Shown: positions 1 to 11,830, numbered from the whole stretch's first letter. The stretch is DNA of 59,373 nucleotides, filler included, from Asterionella formosa (GCA_002256025.1; 10 parts of 10 records of this genome joined end to end with filler, not necessarily neighbours in it); one strand, 5' to 3'. Numbers and translations: made by a program. The notes: a model not told the origin generated them from the sequence alone.

Positions 1-1146
1 TTTTTGGTGATACAATTTCATTTTTATTTTTGTGGAGAATGGATTTTTTCGGTTTAAATCGAGTAGCCGTTACATGATACTTTTTCAAAAAAAATGATAC
101 CAAATCGAAAATGATAAGAACGACCCTTATATTTATGTACTGTATCAGCTGTATGTATGATGCATTATTGTAGATATAGCGACAACGAGTGTGATGTGTT
201 GGTAGATGCTGTACTCCCCCTAGTGAGCAGCAAGAATAACGGTTGCCAACATGATGATTGGGTGGTAAGAAAGTATGCGTTTTGCACATGTTTACGAGTG
301 AGTCACCTAAAAGTCCCTTATCCATTGATAGAGTCTAATCCAATTATAATTATCTGGTGGATCGCTCACAATTGCATGGCACAAGGAGCCTTTGCTGCAA
401 TGGACCACCATGGGCTATGAACATTAATTTCCATATTGAATGCCTATACTGGTATGATATTAATAAATAAATAATACTGGAGTAGATTAAGAACCATTTA
501 GCAGTAGTGGTCTATCTGTAATGTCAATCACCAATTTTTATATTGATAATTGCATTCTGCAAACCAGAAAGGTCCAGTAGTAAGGCACGGTTTAGGTGCA
601 CCTTTTCAGTTTAGACTCCCTTCCCCTGCTGTGGGGCGAGAAAGGCTGGCTTTCAATTCCAATTTCATAAGTAATATACCATGCCATTACTTTGTCATTC
701 ACTGATTCCAAGTCATGATCTGTCAATTCAAATCATGTTCACCAACACCTACATACCGGTAGTGGTATTCAGTCTCTGGACAATGGTTTGCTATACAGGG
801 TTCAGCAATCAGCAACTTCTGTGCAGTCTTAGTCAGTAGATTCTAGTGATTGTCAGTAATTTCTAGCTGTATCAGCAAGTACTAGTTGTGATAATGGCTA
901 TGACCATGGATGTAGATATTACCTTGCTTATCGTCATAGTTCTGGCCACGCTATCAGGGGTACCAGTTGTATAAAAGTATGAACTTCGTATATGCAAAAG
1001 GCCATCTATAGTACCTAAAGCCATAACAGTCAACAAATCTATTCATTAGACCCTATGTTAGATATGGTGGGTATGTCAGTTGAAAAATTTCGCATTCGAA
1101 TTGCGTCTCGTCTTGTTGTATTATGACAGCAAATACAATACGCTTC

Positions 1147-2136
1147 CTAATCCAACTTGCTCCAAATAAAACTTTCTTGATCATTAAAGGTACCACCTTT
1201 GACTAGCGGAGAAACAAATCCAAAGGAAGCCACTGCCAACTCAACATTGTCACCATCATTCAACCCCTTGATCGCATTGCATAAGTTCGATAATATATCC
1301 AAATCTTGACCCACAAGCGGTTGCCACCATGGTTGTGGTCGATCGGGCAAGGCAATTTCACAATCTCTCGCTGCCATATGAATAGCTGTACAGGCAATGA
1401 CTTCAGGGGTGTATCTTACACACATATCGAGACGACATGAATCGTTGCAGTAGTTCCAGGCCGTTTGGTTGAACGCTTTGTCGTTCACTTCCAACATGCG
1501 GACAAAATAGAAAATAAATTTATGCGGATGCGAATCTGGGATCCAGTACAAAGTAAAGCCAAGCTGACGAAGTATATGTTGCTCCATATCTGTGATTGCC
1601 TTCTGCCACTCTTTGTATACCGGTCCTAGGGGTGACATGGGTTGTATCATTCGTATTCTACCCAATTTGTCGTCCAGCGACAATTCCGATGCTAACGGTG
1701 ACGATTGCACCGCTGGGTGCTTCAAAATATGTTCGCATTCATGCGTGCAAACCAATCGCCTCCTCCGATAGACGTGTGCAAATATGAGAATGATATGTCT
1801 GATTTGTCGTGGCTCTTCTTCGATCTTACTGGCCAGCAGAATAGACGCCATAGCCACGGACCAAACGTCATATTGCTTTAGAGATGCTTGATGGAAGAAT
1901 CGATGCAATATCGTACATGAGGTGGCGTAGACGGATGGGCCAAGTTTTAACAGCTTGCACGCTGCCAATAGCAAGGATGTCCCATGGAGCCGGTGCAAGC
2001 GCTCATCGGCTGCGGATATACCGTCCGAGCGAGAGACGGTAGAGTCAGGATGATCGAGCAACACAATTATAGATTTATCGACAACCGTGGGCGATTTCTT
2101 GCCGTTTCTCTTGATCGCTTCATCATCGCTGCTCAT
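1147..2136 (-). CDS. Cyclin L-like protein (transcriptional/splicing cyclin)
   Basis: Intact 329-aa ORF with cyclin L/K-type cyclin box motifs: TILHRFF, LLASKIEEEPR, EQHILRQLGF, HPHKFI, AWNYCNDS..LDMCVRYTPEVIAC. Confidence 0.88.
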   Translation of the reverse strand: MSSDDEAIKRNGKKSPTVVDKSIIVLLDHPDSTVSRSDGISAADERLHRLHGTSLLLAACKLLKLGPSVYATSCTILHRFFHQASLKQYDVWSVAMASILLASKIEEEPRQIRHIILIFAHVYRRRRLVCTHECEHILKHPAVQSSPLASELSLDDKLGRIRMIQPMSPLGPVYKEWQKAITDMEQHILRQLGFTLYWIPDSHPHKFIFYFVRMLEVNDKAFNQTAWNYCNDSCRLDMCVRYTPEVIACTAIHMAARDCEIALPDRPQPWWQPLVGQDLDILSNLCNAIKGLNDGDNVELAVASFGFVSPLVKGGTFNDQESFIWSKLD

Positions 2137-2305
2137 CGTGATAGCTTAAAAGTGAAGGAGACAACCGTCATCAGCAATTTAACAACACCCACTGAGTTTT
2201 ATACAGCAGCAAAAAAATATACAACATCCAAAAATACTTAAATGCAGAGAGAGGCTCATCAAGGTTTGCTTTTTTGTCACTTGTTTACCGGTAAGTAGTG
2301 ATGGT

Positions 2306-4439
2306 TATGATCGGATTCTCCAGGCTAGGCTGAATTCAGTCTAATAGACTGGATTCAGTCTGGGTTGTCAATCCTTTGCCTGTAGCTCAATTCATTGGAA
2401 ATTTCATTTCTGAAAAGTTAATATATAACCGCAGAACTGCAGGTTTCTGGGGATATGTATGGCAATAAGTCTCTAGGTTTAAAAATTCAGCTACATGAGG
2501 AAAGAACAGCAGTTCTGCAGAGGGAGCCTGAGGAAAATCAGAGGTAAACAGGTGATGGCCATTGTTATCAGCCACAGCTCCTGGGACTGTGGATGATGCT
2601 GATATGACTGACCTGTGTGCTCTTAAAAAGCACTTACAGATCATTTCTGAAGGTGATCCAGACTACTTTTACTATTGTGAAGGTTATGATATATTTGAGG
2701 AGGCATTGTTCTTAGGATACTAAGAAGGTATGCATTCAGCAGAGCTCATTGAACTTGTCAAGCATAGTACTGGAACGATTTTGATTGTAATGAGTTTCCC
2801 TTGCATCTGGATTTTTTTGATATTGGTGTTGAAAATTTTCCAGCACCTGAAAATGTCGCTCATCTCAATGAAGTTATCATTTCAGAAATTTGCTAAAGGA
2901 GGCAGGTGAATGCATCAATAGCAATCAAAGACTTGCATCATTTCCTATTCAGTTAAAATTGACTGTCTTCTATTTGGTCGAATTATTTCACCTTTTGAGT
3001 TCTTGAAAGACACTATTTTTATAATTAGTCTAAATATAGAGGGCAAAACTGTAACCCATTGTGAGTTACTCCGATGGATTTGATTTTGGTTTTTTAATGG
3101 CAATGATGCAGAAAAAAACAGCAAGATTTTGGGCAGTTGCGCCTGCCACCATCTCGACATGCTGTTGATGAAAATAACCTCAAGAAACATTACCCAATCA
3201 GCTTGGAGGTGGAATGAGTGATGAAATGGTGGCCAAATAGAATTTTAGCTTTTCTTGTCCTTTCAGTCACAGAAGTGTTAAGAAACAATGCCATGCTGAC
3301 ATCCACATGATCATTTCTGTAAAGAGGAGGTTGATGACATGCTCTGTTCTCGCAAGCTTTTTTAGGCATTAATAGCATGTAAAACTTATTAAAAAGAAGA
3401 AGAATCTCCTGGAAGGTCATTAAAATTGACCAAATTGCCGAGCACAGTTTTTCTGGCTCCTGCCTTGTTGGTAATGCACACAAAATTTCAGGGACAGAGG
3501 CTGCTTATGGGAGGATGCTGACAGTTCCCACCCCCAAAGCCCATGTGTAGACTCGAAAATGAAGAATTGTAAATTTTCTGGATACTCCATGGATGTGTTT
3601 CGATATGCTGATTGTTGTTTATATCATCCCATGGAAGCAGTATTGAGTTGTTCCTCCTACCATGAGGGATTGCAATGCAAAGCTGATGTAGGCAATGCAA
3701 CAGTTATCGAAAATAACTATAGTGAACAAATGAAGTTGATCAAATTGTACCTTTATAATTATTGTGCGCTTTACAAAAGGCGGAATCATTTCTTAATCGA
3801 TCAAACGATCATCGCTAATAGAATCCAACACACAAGCAAAGCATACACATAACCACGACGAAGACGAACAATCGATTTGAAATCGACAATCAAAATGAAT
3901 ACTGAATCTTGTACACCAACATGAGCATTGATTTGGTCCAAAATATGAAGATATATCATATGCACCCAAATGAGTGACTGGCGATGCAACGGAAGGCACC
4001 GCAACGGATCAGAAAGTATCTGAGTCACCTAAACAAACACACACCGGCCAAAGGTGGGAAATTCAAACAAATAATGAACATGATGATGAATAGAACATCG
4101 ATAGATCGGAAACCGGAGAATATAATTAAGTCACGCATAGAATACGCGAGTGCAAGATACTCTGAAAATATCCAATATTCTCACACTCCCTTATCGATCA
4201 CAGTTGAGTTCAGGCTGATCTGGTGTGTCTTTGGAATCTTTCATGTTTTGACTCACACATGACTAAATATAAGTAGTTCAAATTTCAATTCTTCAACATG
4301 TTCAGCCCTTTACTTCAGGAGAAAAAGTACTATCCAACGATGTATTTAAATAATGTTAAAGGGAAAAGATATAAAGGTTTTCAAATTGGGCCTCAAAGAG
4401 ACTGAAATCAGCCTAATGAGCCGGAAAAATCCCTTCATA
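2306..4439 (+). mobile_element. Degenerate DNA transposon, piggyBac-related transposase family, copy 1
   Basis: Collinear with 50248-51991. Inner inverted repeat GGCTGAATTCAGTCT (2328-2342) / AGACTGAAATCAGCC (4399-4413), with outer TATGATCGGATT / AATCCCTTCATA. Remnant KWWPNRILAFL near 3225. Confidence 0.7.
3698..4206. mobile_element. ~510-bp MITE-like insert nested in the piggyBac-related copy
   Basis: Segment is absent from the sister copy at ~51770. It is bounded by imperfect 16-bp inverted repeats CAACAGTTATCGAAAA / TTATCGATCACAGTTG. No clear TSD. Confidence 0.5.
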
Positions 4440-5868
4440 AACATGCCTATCAGGTGGTTGGCTGCCTACAAGTGCGTGCATACCGTTACATACCAGGTAG
4501 AACCTGTGTTCCAGGTGGGTGAATGGGGGAGGGGGTGTTAATTTAATTATTGGAAATACTCGAACGTGGTAGTACTAGGTTCACCATGAAAGAAGCCCCG
4601 CCCCTACCGATGCAACACTAGAGACAAAAATTGAACTGATGCAGTAATAAAACTACATGCAAATGATAATATTTCAAAATGACCGACATCATATCATCAA
4701 TGTACCATGTTACACCATCATTGATCTAATGGTACAACATACATGGAAGATTACAATTTTTGCACAAAAGTGTCTGAAAATGCACAAACCGTCGGTCGGA
4801 GGAATTAGTGTTTACATTTTAGGATCGAAATTTTTAGTCGGCTAAAAAGCATATTGTTGCTTGTCTATATTTATATTTAAATGTAACTTCGAAATGAATC
4901 AAAATTCCATAGGAATATGCATGGAGATGATATAGAGTCCGATCAATTTGTCATGGTCACAACAGAAGAGATGTTGAATCATTGTCCCTCTACTATCATA
5001 GCAGTAGAAAAGCAAATTTACTTACTATGTATACCAAACCGATATACACACGGAGAAATTTTCGTGTGCGGATAGGATTTATATGATGGGACAGGTAAAT
5101 CACGTTTCGGTCTTCAGATTTGAGATTCATATTATGCTAATACTCTAAATGCTCTACCAAGAATTACTAGTATGCAAGCCATATAATAAACCAGTACAAA
5201 CCATGGTTGTTTGTCCTGCATATGTAGTTACCAGTAACTGGTACTCCCTCTGGACAAAGAAGCGTTAATTTGCAGCAACTCAAAGTGCCAAGCAGCATAT
5301 TTTAAGGACGGATTACGTAGAAACATACCATTTTTCTACGTGAGGGTCGGCTTGCTCGAAGAAATGCTTTATTTATTACTTATTTAGACATGGTGAGTAT
5401 AAACTTTTATTCACTCTTTAAATTATTAACATCCAAATAGGAGGGGGACGGCTTATGGTAGATGGTTGCCTGAGCACATTGCTTTTGATCTGAAGTTATG
5501 TGGTTCGATTCCCGCAATTTTTTTGAGAAGCAATTTTTGGGTTCGACTCCCACTCTCCTTACGGGGTTTCCCCTAATGTTGCGGCTAAGATGATCACCTT
5601 TCGTGAAAGGTTGTCGGAGACTCACCTAGTACACTTGCAAAACTAGGGAAGCACAGGTCTTGTTGGCAGGCCGACTATGAATACTTGCCTTGAAAAAGGG
5701 GAGTAGGAATGGGCTATAAAACAGATTATCATTCATAGTACTAGCATCTAAAGAAATTTATTCGAAACCAATTTAATCTACATATATTGATAGCATACAT
5801 GTACATATCGCCAGATGCTGTTTTACATTGGCCGGCCACTCAAATATTGCGGGAAACAGAATGCAAGA

Positions 5869-5968
5869 NNNNNNNNNNNNNNNNNNNNNNNNNNNNNNNN
5901 NNNNNNNNNNNNTTAATTAATTAANNNNNNNNNNNNNNNNNNNNNNNNNNNNNNNNNNNNNNNNNNNN
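5869..5968. other. Artificial contig spacer N44-TTAATTAATTAA-N44 (also 11831-11930, 17792-17891, 23752-23851, 29696-29795, 35638-35737, 41580-41679, 47515-47614, 53435-53534)
   Basis: Nine identical 100-bp blocks with a six-frame stop linker, separating contigs of 5820-5868 bp. Confidence 0.98.
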
Positions 5969-6549
5969 GAGAACATGCACCTAGAAAAGGATTTCACATT
6001 GCTGTTATGGTTATGTATAACTATCAATGACACTTTATGCATACCACAATATACATCAACATGTATTGATATTTTAGAGGAAAGGGTGAAGAGATGTATG
6101 TCAGTTACTAAGATAATGATCGGTCCCCAACAGGAAATGATATCTCAAATTAGCTTACGAAGGGCAAAATTTCATGGAATGAAACATTACCCTCATCTGA
6201 TTAGGAAGTTCGCTCTGATCTCCTGCCTCTTAATTTCTTTGGTGGATATTTGGAGTCTTCTTTGAAAGACAAACGGAAAAGAGTGACCCAGTAAGCGTGT
6301 CAAAGGACAGTTACATCGATTAAAGCATGACATTTTGGCAAGGTCATATGAAACAAGGCAGTTTGCCTTGGTACGAAAATTGTTTTTGTAAGTGATTCAT
6401 TACATACAAGAAACAAACAAAAGAAGATGAGTAAAGTACATATCAATGTAACTGAGGATATTTCAACAGAAAAAGATTTCGAAGGAATGATTCTGGATGC
6501 AACAAACATCAGATGGGTTATATAATGACATGGTTGAAGGTGCCCTACT

Positions 6550-6920
6550 TCAATCCATTTTTGGAAAAATAAAAGTGGGAGATGCCCATTTAGAAGCACC
6601 ACATTTTTGTAGAACTCCAATATCACAAAATCTTTGTAATTCGGTTTTGAAAACTTCTAAATGACTATGAGCGACCGGATATGCTCGTTGATGACGAGGG
6701 ATAGCATTTGATAATAATTCCAAATGTAACTATTTATGAGAATAGACTTTTAATTTTCCATCAAATAATGTTTGATATTTAACCACTATAGTTTGTAAAC
6801 ATGATCGTTGTATTGTTGTCAAATGTATCTGTTTATTCACCACTGTATCAATATTTACGTAATTATATTCAGCAGCTTTAATTTCCAGGGCATATGAAGA
6901 TTCCACAATCATAGGTGCAT
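6550..6920 (-). pseudogene. Ty3/Gypsy pol fragment (protease-RT junction and RT N-terminus)
   Basis: Minus strand reads LFDGKLKVYSHK*LHLELLSNAIPRHQRAYPVAHSHLEVFKTELQRFCDIGVLQKCGASKWASPTFIFPK, the typical Gypsy RT start, with an in-frame stop. Confidence 0.8.
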
Positions 6921-6924
6921 CAAA

Positions 6925-7701
6925 ATATAGTCGCCAAAATATCGGAATCAGAATTATTAAGTGCCGAAACGTCATCATCGGAATGGTAGTCGTGTGCCGG
7001 AATTTTTAGTCCTAAAATCTCCTGTCCGAAAAATTCCATTATAAGTACCCGCTTCCACATATATAATATGATTGGTGAGAATGAAGTACATTCCTCTGTT
7101 TGATTGGCCTGGTTTGCGAGGTCGTGCAAACCCACGCTGGCCACATTGGATTAACATGTAACATCTTCTTGGGTGTACTGACAGTCCGGTGCTATATTCA
7201 CAACGGGTACCAGTAGATGATCATCATTGGACATACCGGTACGCGTACCGCTCCTTGAGTGCACTTTCAAATATTTGCCGAGCCGCCGGGTCGTATACAT
7301 GACCCATATTCGTCGATAGGAGTATACATTACAGTACTGGTGTTTGCACATGAAGCGATGTAGAACCTAAATATATATATGTATATACTAAACGATTTGA
7401 ATATGTCGATTGGATTCAATGCATAGCATATAAAATCGCTAATCGGAGTAGAGAGTGTCCATGCATTCTTGTTGATCGTATTTTTAGCATATATATACAT
7501 ATAGCGACTAAGAGTGTCAATATATATATTTAGCGATTTTGACAAGGAATCTATGTACGTATTCGCAAATTTCCACTGATTCAAATATTTCAAATAGAAT
7601 CACGTCATTCAGAAATAGCTAATTAAATTCTTAATTCCAGGGAATTTTCGCAACCCTAAGCAATATTTTAAATTTTGCCTAGGGGTTCAAATGCAGCAAC
7701 C
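6925..7701 (-). mobile_element. Kolobok-type non-autonomous element, left part, inverted orientation
   Basis: Reverse complement aligns with ~10407-11010. Terminus GGTTGCTGCATTTGAACCCCTAG abuts TTAA at 7702-7705. Confidence 0.75.
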
Positions 7702-7705
7702 TTAA

Positions 7706-7849
7706 GCATATGGAAAGGGTGTCTATTGGTGAAAGCTCCGCTGAGCGTTATACATTTTTAATTTTCATGTGAAAAGTACGTGTTTGATTAGTCTGACTGA
7801 ATATTTTTTTTTAACCCTACCTCGAGCTAGGGGTTCAAATGCAGCAACC
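7706..7849 (+). mobile_element. Right-terminal 144 bp of the same Kolobok-type family
   Basis: Matches ~11304-11448. Ends CTAGGGGTTCAAATGCAGCAACC followed by TTAA (7850-7853). Confidence 0.75.
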
Positions 7850-8479
7850 TTAAGGATAACGTGAGTATTTTATGCATAGGTATATCATCCACCAACGTGG
7901 CGCTAAAAGGGATATCGGAATCAAATCAATTGATGTTAATATATCCTTAAAAGTAAAACAGGAAACCGGAATTGGGCCCTGATATTTATGTGGAACATCA
8001 TGTCCATCAATACAGTTATATATGTCCCGCGTTACAACAACAGCGGTATCCATATTGTATTCAACCTGTAAGTAAACAATATTATTCAGGTGATGACTAA
8101 CGTGAGATATACTCAACGAGTCATTATAAAAAGCATCGCTATTATCGCACATACCACCTCTGTGATGGCGATCAGCAATCTGCTGTTGTGTAGTAGGGAA
8201 AAAAGTCAATATCTGACCAGCAGGAGGGTTCGTGACCACTGAAATTTCCTTGGCAGATGTGTTCTCGATAGGATCGGCACGTGGCACAGTACCCCAACCG
8301 GATGGATGAGTATTATGACCCCATGCATTTACTAACATACGGGCATGTGGAACAGGCACAGGGTTAGCAGTGTCAGTACGATAACTTTCCGTAGGAATGC
8401 TATGTGAGCCGCCTCCACGACCACCAAAATGTCCTCGTCCCCTGAAACTGTAGGAACGGCCACGTCCGTTATGACGACC

Positions 8480-9238
8480 AGCCAGACAACCTGCTCGACC
8501 ACCTTGAGTACGAGGATTCTGAAAACAATTGCCCCAAGTATGTGCACCTTCAGGATGTACCGGGCAAGGACCACCATAATCATGGTACGTACGACTGGCT
8601 TATAGAGCTTGATGACGAACAGTTGCTTGACGATCCCACGCGCGTCCGGCTGCATTAACAATAGCACGCGCTCTTCCACGACCACTTGGAGTAAAATTAT
8701 CGTTGTAGAATTGACGACTGACACGCTCGTTTTCTTGACGCATCACACGATTGCCTTCAGCAATACAAAGACGATTTTGTGTGATTGTTTGAAAACTGTT
8801 CTTGGGAAGATGCTTGTTTTGGTCCTTAAACGATTGTTGACTCTCGAAGTAAGCGAGAATCAAGCGAACCGATCGTTCTGAAGTCTTTGCATGATTTAAT
8901 TCAAACTCTTGTTGCCACTCATTGGGCAAAGAACGGATAATGATAATCCGCATATCTTCTTTTGACAATCCGTTTTGATCTTCTGGATGAGGCATTAGTT
9001 GAAGTAGCCTTTTCAAAGTTTTAATACGAGCTCCGAAATCCATTACCAACATAGAAAAGGGTTTAGATAAACAACGTAGCATCCATTGTCTTCGACGTTG
9101 AAAACTCTCGTTTGGTAAACGATCGTCTAACCATAAAACAATCGCTTCATCGAAACTATCGTAAGATTGATCTTCTGGATGTACTTCCACATTCAACCAA
9201 TCCAATAAGGCAATGTCGGTCAAACACCTTTTAAGCAT
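8480..9238 (-). pseudogene. Ty3/Gypsy gag remnant (frameshifted) with zinc knuckle
   Basis: QWMLRCLSKPFSMLVMDFGARIKTL...RSLPNEWQQEF resembles diatom Gypsy gag. A CX2HX4HX4C knuckle (CPVHPEGAHTWGNC) lies at ~8525-8570 in another frame. Same strand as the pol fragment downstream. Confidence 0.65.
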
Positions 9239-9408
9239 TTAATTCAAATTCTTGTTGCCACTCATCGGGCATAGAACGGATAATGATAATCCGCATATCT
9301 TCTTTTGACAAACCGTTTTGATCTTCTGGATGAGGCATTAGTTGAAGTAGCCTGTTCAAAGTTTTAATACAAGCTCCGAAATCCATTATCAACATTGAAA
9401 AGGGTTTA
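8894..9408. repeat. ~172-bp direct duplication inside the gag region (8894-9065 and 9237-9408)
   Basis: Near-identical copies beginning ATTTAATTCAAA..CTTGTTGCCACTCAT and ending GAAAAGGGTTTA. Confidence 0.9.
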
Positions 9409-9902
9409 ATGGACCTAAGTAAATTTCTTTAGTTCTACAGGATAGCCCACATTTTTCCAAGATGTATTAATATGACAATTATTTCCGTCTTGTGAAAAAT
9501 GAGAGAGTTCTTCACCTCGCAAGAAAACGCGACTTCATGTTGTTATCGGCGATCTCAATTTTCGTTGTCATTATTAGTGTTATTACTTTACTTCTTTTAC
9601 GATTGTATTTTCCATGTCGTTCTTAATACATGTAGCAAGTAGCAAAGCGTTGCTCTCTATTTTCGTGGAGATAATTCGTTTTTTCGTCATGATCAAGGTT
9701 GCGACAACATCTTGAAGGATTCTCCAGCTGCTCACAGCCACTACCTGTCGTCTCTTGTGTTTTGTATGTACAAAAGAATCGCAAAATAGTAGCTAAATTA
9801 TTAAATACAAGTGCCTACGAGGACAAAAAGAAATATAGCACGCTACTTTGTCTATGACAAGAAAATTATTGGGTGTTTGGTTCCACATCGAGAAAAATGT
9901 AC

Positions 9903-9971
9903 AGGGGGGTCCAGCAACCATAGGGGGGTCCAGCAACCATAGGGGGGTCCAGCAACCATAGGGGGGTCCAG
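9903..9971 (+). repeat. 19-bp minisatellite (AGGGGGGTCCAGCAACCAT) x3.5
   Basis: Perfect tandem units read directly. Confidence 0.92.
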
Positions 9972-10406
9972 GACAATGAAGTATACGGTATACAGAATCG
10001 TGAAGGCATATTGAGACGGGCAGGCGCAGGTCCGAACAATTGTCTTCGCATTGTCTGATCAAGATTCCAGTCCCTCATGTGCTTCCACCTTGATCCTTTT
10101 TTCTACGTGGAAAATATACCAGTGACGTAGATGATGACGTGTTTTCAGCACCTTTTATCAGGATCCACTAAAACGAAACAGATGCATGCCGCATGATAGC
10201 GGGTTGATGGTGAGACAGAAACATGTTACTGGGCGGTACTTCAGTTACCTGGTACCTATGCATGTATCGTGTTACGTCACGATGTAAACCTACAGCGCCA
10301 TTACACATGTAAAAATACTACCTACATGTGGAGATAAACCCCGAATGTGGAGCGACTTATGATGCGGAGGGTCCATGTGGAGTTATTATGTCCGTGGAGA
10401 TATTAA

Positions 10407-11448
10407 AGTTCCTGCATTTTAACACTAAAATAAGGCAAAAATTAAAATATTGCTTAGGGTTGCCAAAATTCCCTGGAACTAAAAACTTATATGAGCTATT
10501 TTTGAATGACATGATTCCGTTTGAAATATTCAAATCAGTGGAAATCTGTGCGTACGTACATAGATTCCTTTTTGAAATAGCTAAATAAATATAGAGAGAT
10601 TGTACCACACTGTATGTAAATGTACCAACGATTATTTTGCTCGGAAATCTCGGAAATTATTTGAAAGTGCAATCCACAAGTGGTACCAGGTACCACAAGT
10701 ATGATGTCCATTGATGATCACACACTGGTACCTGCACTGGATATACCGGTAGTACCTGGTACCTGGAACCGGCCTCCCGGTACACCCAAAGAAATGTTAC
10801 ATGTGTTATCCAATGTGGGCGGTGTGGGTTTGTAATTCCTCGCACAATCAAACGGAAGTAAGCATTTCGATCAGTACATATATAATACTGCGAGCACTTA
10901 CAATGGAATTTTTGGTACAGGAAATTTTACGACTAAATATTGGATCACAAGACTCTGATTCAGATGATGATGTTTCGGCGATAAGTAGTTCTGATTCCGA
11001 AATTTTGGAGACCGTAGAAAAGGCCGATTTTGTCGAATTTTTGGACGACGACGATAGCTCAACGTTGGCTGGGTCTGAAGCCGATTTAGATACATAGGTA
11101 AACTTCAAATAGCATCAGTATATAACTTCCGGCGAGAAACTGCAGAGAGGTACTCCAAATAAACAGATTTCCCCCGAATTTTCGAGTCTTTTTAGCATAG
11201 TTAAAAAACCGAATTTCCTTTCTGAAGTTTCTCGCCAGATCCTATATCCTGACAATATATAGCGTTGACCTATACCCCTACTTTTGTCAATGACTGTATT
11301 TAAGCATATGGAAAGGGTTTGTATTGGTGAAAGCTCCGTTTAGCGATATACATTTATGTTTTACTTATAAGAAGTGTGTGTTTGAGTACTCTGACTCGAT
11401 ATTATTTTTTTAACCCTACCTCTAAACTAGGGTTGAAATGCAGGAACC
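10407..11448 (+). mobile_element. Complete ~1.04-kb non-autonomous Kolobok-type DNA transposon
   Basis: TTAA target duplication at 10403-10406 and 11449-11452. TIRs AGTTCCTGCATTTTAACACTA / TAGGGTTGAAATGCAGGAACC. 5'-RR...YY-3' termini with a TTAA TSD are the Kolobok signature (piggyBac starts YY). Confidence 0.8.
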
Positions 11449-11496
11449 TTAAGAGGTTTACGGTAGATATGATGTATATGATGCGTCATATGTCTA

Positions 11497-11675
11497 GTGA
11501 TTCTACGACGATAATAATTGGGTTTCTAGTGACTACATTCAAAGTAGTCAACAAGGAATCCTACGTTTAGGTAACTTTGGAAAAAAACCTAAACCTAATG
11601 CGTTTTGGTAACTTATTATGTTGACTAATTTGAATGTAGTCACTAGAAACCCAATTATTATCGTCGTAGAATCAC
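11497..11675. mobile_element. 179-bp MITE with 57-bp TIRs and TA flanks (Tc1/mariner-type)
   Basis: 11497-11553 and 11619-11675 are inverted copies with one mismatch, flanked by TA on both sides. Confidence 0.85.
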
Positions 11676-11772
11676 TACATATAGGACGGAGCATACCGGG
11701 TATATATCATATCTATATATACAACAATAGCTATACGGTAAGTACTCTGTACCAGGGTACCACACTGACGAG

Positions 11773-11830
<58 letters not shown>
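11773..11830 (+). repeat. (AAC)n microsatellite at contig end
   Basis: Pure trinucleotide run up to the spacer. Confidence 0.95.

Noticed and set aside
2325..2328. CTAG target-site duplication for the piggyBac-related element
   Set aside because: Homology between the two copies continues outward past this point, so it lies inside the shared sequence.
5445..5520. Functional tRNA gene
   Set aside because: A B-box is present, but acceptor and anticodon stems do not pair convincingly. Kept only as a tRNA-derived relic.
5869..5968. TTAATTAATTAA palindrome recurring about every 5.9 kb
   Set aside because: Identical, N-padded and containing stops in all frames, so it is an artificial concatenation linker. 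Its TTAA is not a TSD.
9903..9971. CRISPR-like array
   Set aside because: Units are directly tandem with no unique spacers, no cas genes are present, and the context is eukaryotic.
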